From positions 203,765,974-203,829,973 of the forward strand of contig NC_052151.1 in NCBI RefSeq assembly GCF_902713615.1: a DNA stretch of 64,000 nucleotides. The letters run 5' to 3'. The notes below the pieces were generated by a model. The model searched no databases and was not told the DNA's origin. It saw nothing but the letters and a program-made list of their open reading frames with translations. Positions within the stretch are counted from its first letter, which is position 1; every line of letters starts with the position of its first letter. A program made the translations under genes and the position numbers. The stretch is from Scyliorhinus canicula. Taxonomy: Eukaryota. Shown here in pieces: positions 11,853 to 22,789 of the stretch.

Positions 11853-14800
11853 ATCATAGAATCTGCAGTGAAGAAGGAGGCCATTCAGTCCATCAAGTCT
11901 GCACCGGCCCCTTGGAAGAGACCTCTCGCTAAACTGACACCTCCACCGTATCCCTGGACCTCAACCCCTCATTGGACACTAAGAGCAATTTAGCATGGCC
12001 AATCCACCTAACCTGCAATTACCTTACAGGTGAAGCGGCCTCTAGATTTTTCGCGGGAGTCCAGGGGCTGTCGGGAAGGTCAGTTTACCTTTAAAAAAAC
12101 TTACATTTAGAGCTGCAGGAAGTCGGCCGTGGGATTTTCTGGGAAGATTTGGTAGTACCTGTATACAAGTTGGGCGGTTGCTAAACCCGGGTCACTACAC
12201 TTGTAGTGTCCCCCACCCGTCTAACTCCTCTAATCTAAGGGGTTGAGGGAATACCAGGTAAGCTCTTCCTTTCTTTTTCTTGTTTCATCGAGAGGGGATG
12301 GCAGGGAAGGTAGTACAATGCTCCTCCTGTAGAATGTTTGAGGTGAGGGACGCCGTTAGTGTCCCTTCTGATTTCATCTGTGGGAAGTGCACCCAACGCC
12401 AGAAACCGTGTTAAGGAACTGGAGCCGGAGCTGGGTGAACTTCGGATCATTTAGGATGCAGAGGTGGTCAGAAACAGAAGCTTCAGGGTGGTAGTTACTC
12501 CGAAGAATAAAGACAGATGGATGATGGGGAGAGGGGCTGGGAGGAAGCCGTCAATACAGAGATCCCCTGTAGTCGTTCACCTTAGTAACACATTTACCGC
12601 TTTGGATACTGTTGGGGGGGGGGGGGTCGACGTACCAGGGGAAAGCCATGGGGTACAGGTCTCTGGCACAGAGTCTGTCCCTGTTGCTCAGAAGGGAAGG
12701 GGGGAGAGGAGTAGAGCATTAGTCATTGCAGACTCCATGGTTAGGGGGATAGATAGGAGATTCTGTGGGAACGAGATAGACTTGCGGTCTGTGTGTTGCC
12801 TCCCAGGTGCCAGAGTCCACAATGTCTCGGATCATGTCTTCGGTGTCTTTAAGGGGGACGGGGAGCAACCCGAAGTCGTGGTCCACATAGTTACCAACGA
12901 CATAGGTCGGAAAAGGGATAGGGATGTAAGGCAGGAATTCTGGGAGCTATGGTGGAAACTTAGATCTAGGACAAACAGAGTTATTATCTCTGGGTTGTTA
13001 CCTGTGCCACGTGCTAGCGGGACGAGGAATAGGGGGACAGAGCAGTTGAACACGTGGCTACAGGGATGGTACAGGAGGGAAGGTTTCAGATACCTGGATA
13101 ATTGGTGCTCATTCTGGGGTAGGTGGGACCTCTACAAGTGGGATGGTCTACAGCTGGACCAGAGGGGTACTATTATCCTGGGGGAGGGGGGAGGATTTGC
13201 TAATGCTCTTCTGGAGGGTTTGAACTAGTTCAGCAGGGAATTGCGAACCTGAATTGCAGCTCCAGTACACAAGAGGGTGAGAGTAGTGAGGTCATGAGTA
13301 AGGTTTCAAACTTGCAGGTGTACCGGCAGGCAGGAAGGTGGGTTAAAGTGCGTCTACTTCAATGCCAGGAGCATCCGGAATAAGGTGGGTGAACTTACGG
13401 CATGGGTTAGTACCTGGGACTTCGATGTTGTGGCCATTTCGGAGACATGGATAGAGCAGGGAGAGGAATGGTTGTTGCAGGTGCCGGGGTTTAGATATTT
13501 CAGTAAGCTCAGGGAAGAGGGTAAGAGAGGGGGAGGCCTGGCATTGTTCATCAAGGACAGTATTACGGTGGCAGAAAGGACGTTTGATGAGGACTCGTCA
13601 ACTGAGGTAGTATGGACAGAGGTTAGAAACAGGAAAGGAGAGGTCACCCTATTAGGAGTTTTCTATAGACCTCCGAAAAGTTCCAGAGATGTAGAGGAAA
13701 GGATTGCAAAGATGATTCCGGATAGGAGCGAAAGTAACAGTCGTTGTTATGTGGGACTTTAACTTTCCAAATATTGACTGGAAACACTATAGTTCGAGTA
13801 GTTTAGATGGGTCCGTTTTTGTCCAATGTGTGCAGGAGGGTTTCCTGACGCAGTATGTAGATAGGTCAACGAGAGGCGAGGCCATATTGGATTTGGGACA
13901 GGGTAATGAACCAGGAAGTGTTAGATTTGGAGGTAGGTGAGCACTTTGGTGATAGTGACTGGTGATAGGCTCGAAAGGTACAAGTTAGCTAGGAAGGACC
14001 TAAAGAGAGAGTTCAGAAGAGCCAGGAGGGGACATGAGAAGTATTTGGCAGGTAGGATTAAGCATAACCCTAAAGCGTTTGATAGATATGTCAGGAATAA
14101 AAGAATGACTTGGGTAAGAGTAGGGCCAGTCAAGGACAGTAGTGGGAAGTTGTGCATGGGGTCTGAGGAGATAGGAGAGGTGCTGAATGAATATTTTCGT
14201 CAGTATTCACATAGGAAAAAGACAATGTGGTCGAGGGGAATACTGAGATACAGGCTACTAGACTAGAAGGGCTTGAGGTTCATCAAGAGGAGGTGTTCGC
14301 GATTCTGGAAAGTGTTAATATAGATAAGTCCGCTGGGCTGGATGGGATTTAATCTATGATTCTCTAGGAAGCTAGGGAGGAGATTGCTGAGCCTTTGGCT
14401 TTGATCTTTAAGTCATCTTTGTCGACAGGAATAGTGCCAGAAGACTGGAGGATAGAAAATGTTGTCCCCTTGTTCAAGAAGGGGAGTAGAGACAACCCCG
14501 GTAACTATAGACCAGCGAGCCTTACTTCTGTTGTGGCAAAAGTCTTGGAAAGAGTTTCGAAGAGATAGGATGTATAATCATCTGGAAATACTGTAGATGG
14601 GCTTCAGAGGGGTTTCACAGGTCGGAGCAACATCGAGGGCCGAAGGGCCTGTACTGCGCTGTAATGTTCTGTGTTCTATGTTCTATGTTCGATCTTTGGA
14701 CTGTGGGAGGAAACCGGAGCACCCAGAGGAAACCTACGCAGATACAGGGGAAATGTCCAGATTCTGCACAGAGAGGGACCCAAAGGGGGCATCGAAGCTG

Positions 14801-14855
14801 GGACCCTGGAGCTGGGAAGCAACTGTGCTAACCACTGTGCTACCGTGCCACCCGC
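11853..14855 (-). mobile_element. HE1-type SINE split in two (11853-12017 and 14692-14855) by a CR1 insertion
   Basis: ...AATCCACCTAACCTGCA| and |ATCTTTGGACTGTGGG rejoin to the SINE consensus seen in other copies in the window. Confidence 0.85.
12018..14691 (+). mobile_element. CR1 LINE with 5'UTR, ORF1 (zinc finger + SGNH esterase) and internally deleted ORF2
   Basis: MAGKVVQCSSCRMF...CGKC at 12298; esterase-like ADSMVR / CLPGA / TNDIG (12464-13228); endonuclease FNARSI, SETW, YRPP; (TTCTATG)n tail at 14667-14690. Confidence 0.9.
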
Positions 14856-15527
14856 TGTCGACGTCCAATGGCCGGTCAAACACATCTTTACCAAACAGCT
14901 TCTTGCACATGTTCCCCACGATTCCATGATACACGCCACCATGGGTTCCTTCGAACTCCTCTGGCTGACCCACGTTCTGAATAATCTGTCTGCTTGACCG
15001 GTTCTCCAAGTCCTCCACCTTCACCTCCAGCCGCTTCTGGTGGTCCCGCATTAGCCCCATCACTCTGGCATCGAAGCGAACTGTACATCATGCTCCCCAT
15101 CTGCTCCTCCAATGTCTGGATTGCCTGACCCTGGGCTGCCAACCTCGTCTCCACGTTAACCACCGCCTTGATCGACTCCACCGCCTAGGCCAGGTCCTCC
15201 AGACTCTCCTTTCGTTGCTGGGTGAAATTCTCATTCAAGACGGTCACCAACTGCCCCGTCGACCATTGAGCCGGCAGGGCCACTCCCTGCCCCTCCACCA
15301 TCTCCACGTGCGTTGCCAGCTCGGCACCCTCTTCTACCGTCTTCTTCCTTCTTCTACGGGACTTCTGGTCCTCAGCTCCATAAATTAGAGAACCTACTCA
15401 CGCTACACATTTTCGTGTCTCACTTCCACTTGAAAGCCAGGGCGGGAAAAGCCCAAAAATGTCCGCCACGTGTGGGAGCTACCAAATGTGCGACCACTCA
15501 CTCCATAGCCACCACTGGAAGTCCCCC

Positions 15528-15750
15528 ATCTCAAATATTTCTGATCAGTATTAATGATTTGGATTAGGAGACCGAACCAACCGTAACTAATTTGCCAATG
15601 CAGTCAAGTTAGGTAGTAAAGTAAGTTGTCAAGAGGAGGTAGAGTCCACAAAGGGGTATGCACAGCTGGAGGGTGGGCACATTTTGGTAGATTAAATATA
15701 ATGTGGGAAAACGTTCACTTCTCCAATTTGGCAGGAGGAATAAAAAGCAG
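15528..15750 (+). mobile_element. Old CR1 RT fragment, right half
   Basis: Reads QIFLISINDLD...KLGSKV...YNVGK, continuing the 5640-5785 fragment. Confidence 0.65.
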
Positions 15751-15828
15751 CCGTATCCGATCTCAATAATTGACTCAGCTTCCAAATGTTTCATACAATC
15801 TGACCTGAACCCTCAAGCTCACCACCAA

Positions 15829-16050
15829 GGAGCAGCACGATGGCCTAGTGGTTAGCACAGCTGCCTCACGGCGCTGATGTCCCAGGTGCGATCCCGGCTC
15901 TGGGTTACTGTCCGTGTGGAGTTTGCACATTCTCCCCATGTCTGCGTGGGTTTCGCCCCCACAACCCAAAAATGTGCAGAGTAGGTGGATTGGCCACACT
16001 AAATTGCCCCTTAATTGGAAAAAATAATTAGGTAATATAATTTTTTTTAA
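15829..16050 (+). mobile_element. tRNA-derived SINE (HE1-related short form) with TSD AAGCTCACCAC
   Basis: A/B-box-like head TGGCCTAGTGG / GTGCGATCCC; flanking direct repeat at about 15815 and 16052. Confidence 0.85.
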
Positions 16051-16476
16051 AAAGCTCACCACGCAGCGCGTGTTTGCTCTCTTAACCAAGAGCAACACCT
16101 TAGCTTCACGGTTCACGGCAAAATCATTGCCGACCATATAGAGAAATAAACTAGTGTTAACTCATTTAGATCCAGCTTTGTAAAACTGTGCCCCACTTCT
16201 AGCTTCATCATATTGCTGAACCTTGGCTCAGCGCTTTCAATGGATCATATGCTGCCTTTATTCAGTTTATTTACCGATTTCTCAATTCATTATCGATAAT
16301 TGACCTTTGCACATGTTGCTGTATAAATGTGGATGCACATACCAATGAATCAGTTCGCATCTCTCAATGCAGCAAAAATAAAAACGCCAATTGTTATTAA
16401 TCAAATCTTATTGAACAGCTGCTGCTGCTTCCGGCCTGATCAGTAACGTCTCTGCACCATTTTTACTTTCTTACAG

Positions 16477-17390
16477 TTAACATAGTGACGGTTGCGATCC
16501 TGTCCAGAGGAAAGTGTGGCCTCTCCAATTGCATCACTTGCTACCTGCTGGTAATGGCAATGGCCGATTTCTTGGTGGTTATAATGGATCCCATACTGAC
16601 TTGCATTGCTGTGATGTTTTTCCCATATTCATTCCTGCGAATTACACCCGTGTGTGCTCTTATTTTCTTCCTGCGTTTTGCAGTCACTGTGGTTTCTGTG
16701 TGGCTCACAGTCGCTTTCACCTTTGATCGATTTGTGGCCATTTGCTGCGAGAAGCTGAAAACAAAATATTGTACGAAGAAAATGGCAGTTGTTGTTCTTG
16801 GAACAGTTAGTGTGTTGGGCTGTTTAGAATCTCTCCCCTGGTACTTTACTATCCAACCCAATTTCATAATTAATAATGTTCCCTGGTCTTGTGTGAATAC
16901 ACCGAGCTTTTTTACTTCCCCTGTATGGGGCGCATATCAATTGTTTCACTTCATTGTAACCCCTTGTCTCCCGTTCTTTCTAATTTTGCTGCTCAATTCT
17001 CTGACAGTTAGACGTATTTTGGTAACCAATCGAGTCCGCAGCAGAGTCCGAGGACACAGCAATCAAGAGAATCAGAAGGATCCAGAGCTGGATAAGCGAA
17101 GGAAATCCATAATTTTGCTCTTCAGTATATCTGGCAGTTTTATATTGTTATGGGCGGTCAATATGGGGTATAACATGTACGCACGAATTGTCCGTACTGG
17201 GAGTTACTCCTCCTACTCTGACCCTCGTTTTATCACGGACCGCACGGGAAGGATGCTGCAGCTCCTCAGTTGCTGCAGCAACACGTGCATTTATGCTGTG
17301 ACTCAGGCTAAGTTCCGAGAGGAACTAAAGAATGCGATGAGATACCCATTCAATCTCATTGTTAAGTTATTAAATCAGAGAACGAAATGA
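16477..17390 (+). CDS. GPR139-like class A (rhodopsin family) GPCR, main coding exon (end of TM1 to C-terminus); N-terminal exon not found
   Basis: Acceptor TTTTACTTTCTTACAG|TT AAC ATA GTG (phase 1); ILSRGKCGLS, MAMADF (TM2), FTFDRFVAICC (DRY variant), KYCT, PCLPF (TM5), RRKSIILL / FILLW (TM6), SNTCIY (TM7); intact frame to TGA. Confidence 0.9.
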
Positions 17391-17642
17391 AGGATTTCAA
17401 ACGCTGGAATGTATTCGCATCTGCTCTCTGAACTCTCAAGGGGGAAACAAAAAAAACGCAGAGTAGTACATCGATGTGACAGTAGGCCATTTATGTATAG
17501 GAAACGATGGCTATTTCCATAGCAGCATGCATAGCTGAAAGGAAGTTAATGTGGTGAATGTCTTTAGCACCTCTGCTCGACTCTCGAAAAACATATTGCT
17601 AGTACTGAAGCTATTTGATGGCAATGACTTCTCCTAAAACAC

Positions 17643-17648
17643 AATAAA
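17643..17648 (+). terminator. Candidate polyadenylation signal of the GPCR
   Basis: AATAAA about 250 nt after the stop codon, followed by U/GU-rich sequence. Confidence 0.5.
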
Positions 17649-17899
17649 AGAAATTTGTTTCCATCTCTTTGTTTCATTGCTGATAGTTGTACAGGGAATG
17701 GATGAGGAATGCGATCGAGTTTGGCATCCTTATAAGTGTTTGTGTGGTGGGGGATACGTGGTGGGGCGGGAAGGGGACGAGAGCGGTGTGGTGATGTGTT
17801 GGTTTGAGGGGTTAGTGTTCCTCAGGTTCTGCTATAGTGCCAGAGCACCTGAGGGTCTGGATGGCCGCACCAACTTCTATCTAGATCCTTTATCAAGGT

Positions 17900-18260
17900 T
17901 TCAACTCATATGAATAAGGAGTAGACCATTCAGCCCCTCGAGCCTGCTTTGCATCCACAATAATCTGCTTCCTCGATAACGTACCACCGCCTCGCTGGCC
18001 AAGAATGCATCCATAATAGTTAAAAAAAAGTCAAATGTTAAAAAACTCAAAAGAGAATGTTTCCATTCTCGTTCTGAATGAGAGTTCCAAAGACTCATGA
18101 CACTCTGAGAGAAATGATTTCGTCTCACCTCTGATTTGAATCGCTGACCAAATATTTTTAAATCATCAGTCCCTCCTTAGTTCCAGACTTTACCACAAGA
18201 GAAAACATACTCTCCACATCCACCCTTTCGACCGCTGAGGATATTATGTTTCAACCAATC
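17900..18260 (-). mobile_element. Old CR1 3' fragment
   Basis: RRNHFSQSVMSLWNS and CR1 3'UTR motif (AGGAGTAGACCATTCAGCCCCTCGAGCCTGC). Confidence 0.75.
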
Positions 18261-18979
18261 TCACAGTGTGACTGGCTGACTTTCAGATCCTGAGAATTAG
18301 CAGTCAGCAATTTAATTGAGTTACAATGGTGCTCCGCGTGCCAATAAAACTTGTTTCAGAGCCTTTCCCAGCATCACATTTCCTATTTCTCACCATTATC
18401 ACTCTCCATCTCACTTTTTCTCTCTATATCTCTCCAACCAGCATACAATCACTGCGCCTCGGTAGATCTCTTCCGGCACTCCCCCAACCCCACCTGACCC
18501 TCTCCTGCCAGGCACCTGAAGGCATAACCCGACAATGTTCTTCAGGTGTTTGAATGAAGTTGCATGTCATGCACCGTGCATTTCACATCTCAGGATACCC
18601 CGAAACTTTCTTCTGATTATAAAATATATACAATTTAGGGAACTGAATTCGGCTATCCGATCTATTCAGATCCTATCAGTGTTCATGCTCGGTACAAATC
18701 TCCCCCGCTCTCTCTTCCCCTCCACCCATCAGCACGTTTTATTATTTGCAGAAGGTGTAGAGACAATGGAGCGTGGGGGCTATTGAGGCTGCAGCATTTT
18801 ATGGAGGTAGACAGGAGGGGGTTGAGAAACTCAGAAAGCTGGTTCCCGATAAGGGTGGGTTCCCAAATTTGCAGGGAATTGAACATGATAATGAACATGT
18901 TAGAATTATGAATTTGCCGGACCAGAAACAAATTTAGCTGAGTGAATATTTATCCATCCGTAGGCTAGGGAAAAACAAT

Positions 18980-21090
18980 CGACAGGTCTGGTCTCAGCTA
19001 GGATCTTTCCAATTGCAGCAAGATTCGCCTGCCCTGTACTAAAAAGCACATTGAAATAGAGGCTAACATAATAGTTGCTTTCCTAATTTCATGTCTCACC
19101 TCCAGGTTAGCGTAATTTACTTATGAACACAATCACCCAGATTTGTTTGGACATCGACATCTCCAAATCTCTCCCCATTTAAGACATTCTCCGTATTTCT
19201 CTTTCTCCGAACCAAGTGGAGAACCTCACATTTTCCACATTGCATTCCACCGGCCATGTTGCTGACTAGTGACTTTCACTGTCTAATTATCCTTGAAATG
19301 TCGTTGCATATTCCTCACAGCGAAAATTCTCAACAAACTTTGAGTCACCATCAAAGTTAGATTAACATATTTATTCGCCACATCAAAATCATTCATTTAG
19401 GTTCTGAATAGATGGGGCCAAGCACTGATCCGTGTGGAATGCGTATAATCCTCGCCTGCCAATATGAGATTAATTTGTTTATCCCTACTCTCTGTTTTCT
19501 GTTCATTTGCCAATCCTTAATACATGTCAGTATATTTCCGCCAATCCCATGTTGTGTAGTTTTACTCATTAATGTATTGGATCTTAACGAAGGCCTTCAG
19601 AAAGTCCAAATGTACCAAATTCACTTGTTCTCCCTTATATATTCTGTTAGTAACATATTCGAAAAACGTCAAAAGGTTAAACAAACACAAGTTTTCCTTT
19701 CAGAAATGCATCATGACTCGTCACAATCTCATCAATATCGTCTGAGTGTTTAGTAACTACATTCGTTAGAATAGATTATAGAATTTTCCTTCTACTAATG
19801 GTCTAGCAGGTCTGTGATTTCCTGTTTCCTCTTTTCCTCCTTTCTTAACTAGTGTGGGGACATTTGTCACATTCCAATCAGCAGGCACATTTCCAGATTC
19901 TATAAAACTGTGAAAGATGATCACCAATGCACTCCCTATTTCCCCAAACACCTATTCCAACATCTTGGAATGTAAAGTATTTACTCCAAGGTAGTTATTG
20001 AATTTCAGACCCATTCTCCAGCGCTGCCTTTTTTTTTTGGCAATAATGATTTTTTTTCGCGGTTGCTCAATGTTATTCGTCCCTTGGCCTCTTAATGTTT
20101 CAGCGTGTTTTGTCTCTTTCTCCATGAGAACAGATAAAACGCATTTGTTAGTTTCTCTGCCATTCATTACTACTACTTATAAATTATCCATTGAGCCTGC
20201 AGTGGGCTCATAAATGCCTTTAATACTATTTTAGTAGCTTAAAAGAATAGTAATGAGTTAAAACCCATGCGTTAATTATTTCAATAATTCTCTACCATCA
20301 TATATTTTAATCATAGAAAAGATTCATGGCATCCCTACAGTGCAGAGGAGGCCATTCGGCCCATCGAGTCCGCACCAATCCTCCGAAAGAACATTCCACC
20401 TAGACACCCTCTCCCCTGCAATCCCATAGTGCGATCAAACCGTGGCGCACTAAAGGACGACATAACATTGTCAATCAACATAACCTGCATATCTGTGGGG
20501 GACTGTGGGGGGGGGGGGGACTGGAGCACCCAGAGGAAACCCACGTAGACACGGGATGAACGTGCAAATACTACACAATCAGTCACTCAAGGCCGGAATT
20601 GAATTTGGGTCCCTGGCGCTGGAAGACAGCTGGGTCTCCGTACTGGCTTAATACCGTTAATGCCATTCTCCAATTTGCCTTACCAACGTGGCACTCTTCC
20701 TTTCATAGTTCCTTTCGTTTAGATTAAGTACCCTAGTTTCGGAGTAAACTATGTCACTTTCAAAAGTCACACTTAATTCTACCATATTGTGTTCACCTTT
20801 CCCCAAAAGGCTCTTTTACGAAATGATTATTAACTAACCCATTTTCATTGCAGTACATTAGGTATATAATCGCCCATTCTCGAGTTGGTATAAATCTTTG
20901 TTTATAAGCATTTCCCGATTAATCCCATCCTGCAATGTCGCTGCTCTTTGTTCGTCTATAAACAACTTAAAAAATTGCTTCCCGTTTCTGTTTCTTAGCT
21001 CTACATAAACCGATTGGACATCTGTACCTTCTTAGCAAAGATCCTCTCTGACTGAAGTATTGTTCCAATCCTGTATTAACGGCGGGGCAA
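18980..21090 (-). mobile_element. Heavily decayed CR1 ORF2
   Basis: Reverse strand shows PHGSVLGP, DWNVTNV, GNHRP remnants; interrupted by a SINE. Confidence 0.7.
20335..20628 (-). mobile_element. HE1-type SINE
   Basis: CAGTGCAGAGGAGGCCATTCGGCCCATCGAGTC tail and V-domain. Confidence 0.85.
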
Positions 21091-22311
21091 CGCCCGTTTT
21101 TTCGGGAGCAACAAGCACCTAGGTTTTGCTTGAATAATTCGCTTGCAGACAGAAAAAGCCCGCCAAAAGCCCAGAATCCTCAACAGACACTAACAAAACA
21201 GAAATGAGGCTTGTAGGAATATCTGGCGTCAAAATGTCACTGTAACACTTCGACCTCCTTAAATTTCAATCCTCTTTCTCTAAAACAAACAACAAAAATA
21301 ATGTCTATAGAAAAATCTGTCAGGGGCCTTGTGCGTGTGTTGAAGCCAACACAATACTGCTAGTCAATCTTGTAATAGTTGATCTGGAATTCTAGGTGAA
21401 GAGGTAGATTGAGAATCTGTACCTGAAGTTCCCTTTCTATTTTCCAAACGGAGTCAATTGCCAAACCTGCACAAACAGGAACCACTTCCAATGAATGCCC
21501 CAAGCAGCATTGACGACTGCCATGTTATCTGTCGCGGTTGCTGACCCTGAAACGTTTCCTGACACTGAGTCATAAGGTAAACGCATATGGTCTTGGTGTC
21601 TGTGGAGAACTCTTCCATTTTGAAACCTTCTGACCCAAGATACTGGACCACACTTTTCAACAATTATTCTCAGAAACCATCTCTGGTTATTTCAAAAGTT
21701 CATGACGTAATCCTGATCATCCGGTTTATCCAGCCTCTCTTTGGCGTGACAGTCATGTCCCTCCTTTTCCTTCTCTTGTCTCCTGCTCACATTTGCTCTG
21801 GGATCTTGTTACGGACACCTGCTCAACTCTCAGCAGTGGTTAAGGTTCTCGGCCAGAACGATAACGTTTTTAAGTTATAACGAGGCACAGAATGATCGAT
21901 TCGGCCCATGAATGATAATATAATAAATGGGGCTTGGTTGTTTTACATATAAACTGTAAAAATAACTTTTAATCTTCAACCCGAACAATTGCAGATTACA
22001 TTTTTTTCTTTATTTATTCATGGAATATGGGAGTCGCCGGGTCAGCATTTATTACCCATTCCTGAGGGTTTTTTTTAGAGTCAACCACATTGCTGTGGGT
22101 CTGGAGTCACATGTGGGCCAGACCAGGTAAGTATGGTAGATTTTCTTCCCTGAAGGACACGACTGATGGTTTCATTTACTAGAAGAGGCAGGATAGATTG
22201 GGATTTTTCCCTGTAGCGTAACAGGCTTAGGGGTGATCTTGTAGAGGTCTATAAAATGAGGACAGTAAGAAGTCTTACAACACCAGGTTAAAGTCCAACA
22301 GGTTTGTTTCA

Positions 22312-22350
22312 AACACGAGCTTTCGGAGCACGGCTCCTTCTTCAGGTGAA
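22312..22350 (-). ncRNA. Second, antisense copy of the hammerhead motif in the inverted pLTR
   Basis: Exact reverse complement of 22751-22789. Confidence 0.72.
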
Positions 22351-22750
22351 TGGAAAGGCTTGTTCCAGAAATGTTTATATAGACACAGTCAGAGTCACAC
22401 TGCAGTCAAGGACATTCAGCCTCTGATCTCCGGGTCAGCATTCTACAAGGAGGCCTTCAGGAGACGCGACAACGCAAAATTGCTGAGCAAAAACTTATAG
22501 CTAAGTTCCGCACGCATGAATGCGGACTCAACCGGGATCTGGGATTCATGTCGCATTACATTCGGCCCCCACCAACAAGCCTGGACTTGCAGAGGCCTAC
22601 CGACTGAACTGGCTTGGGACAATTCACACCTCTTTAACCTGGAGTTACCTCTCTCTCTGCATCTTTGATGATTTGATTGCCTGCAGGTGCTCGCATCCCG
22701 GGGCATCTCTGACTGTGTCTATATAAACATTTCTGGAACAAGCCTTTCCA

Positions 22751-22789
22751 TTCACCTGAAGAAGGAGCCGTGCTCCGAAAGCTCGTGTT
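22751..22789 (+). ncRNA. Minimal type I hammerhead ribozyme motif in the Penelope pLTR
   Basis: CAC-CTGAAGA-A-GGAGC CGT GCTCC-GAAA-GCTC-GTG: conserved core boxes, 5-bp stem II, palindromic AGCT stem III, short stem I. Confidence 0.75.

Larger units (their letters stand above)
5786..15527 (-). mobile_element. L1/Tx1-clade LINE, near full extent but decayed, carrying nested insertions
   Basis: T-rich 3' tail and TTTATT at 5786-5804; ORF2 C-terminal HMFWACPRLRDFW (6097-6390); endonuclease motifs ANIYAPN, GGDLN, YSRID (10050-10490); ORF1 pieces (VEDLENRS, DRAHRS); 5' end GGGGACTTCCAGTGG at 15527; imperfect TSD ATTTCAACTATTT / ATCTCAAATATTT. Confidence 0.85.

Noticed and set aside
16485-16487. 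GTG start of the GPCR ORF
   Set aside because: ORF-caller artefact; the exon begins at a splice acceptor at 16477 within TM1.
21420-21880. LGSEGF resembling a PRY-SPRY motif on the minus strand
   Set aside because: No following HYWEV or other SPRY motifs; cannot be supported by eye.
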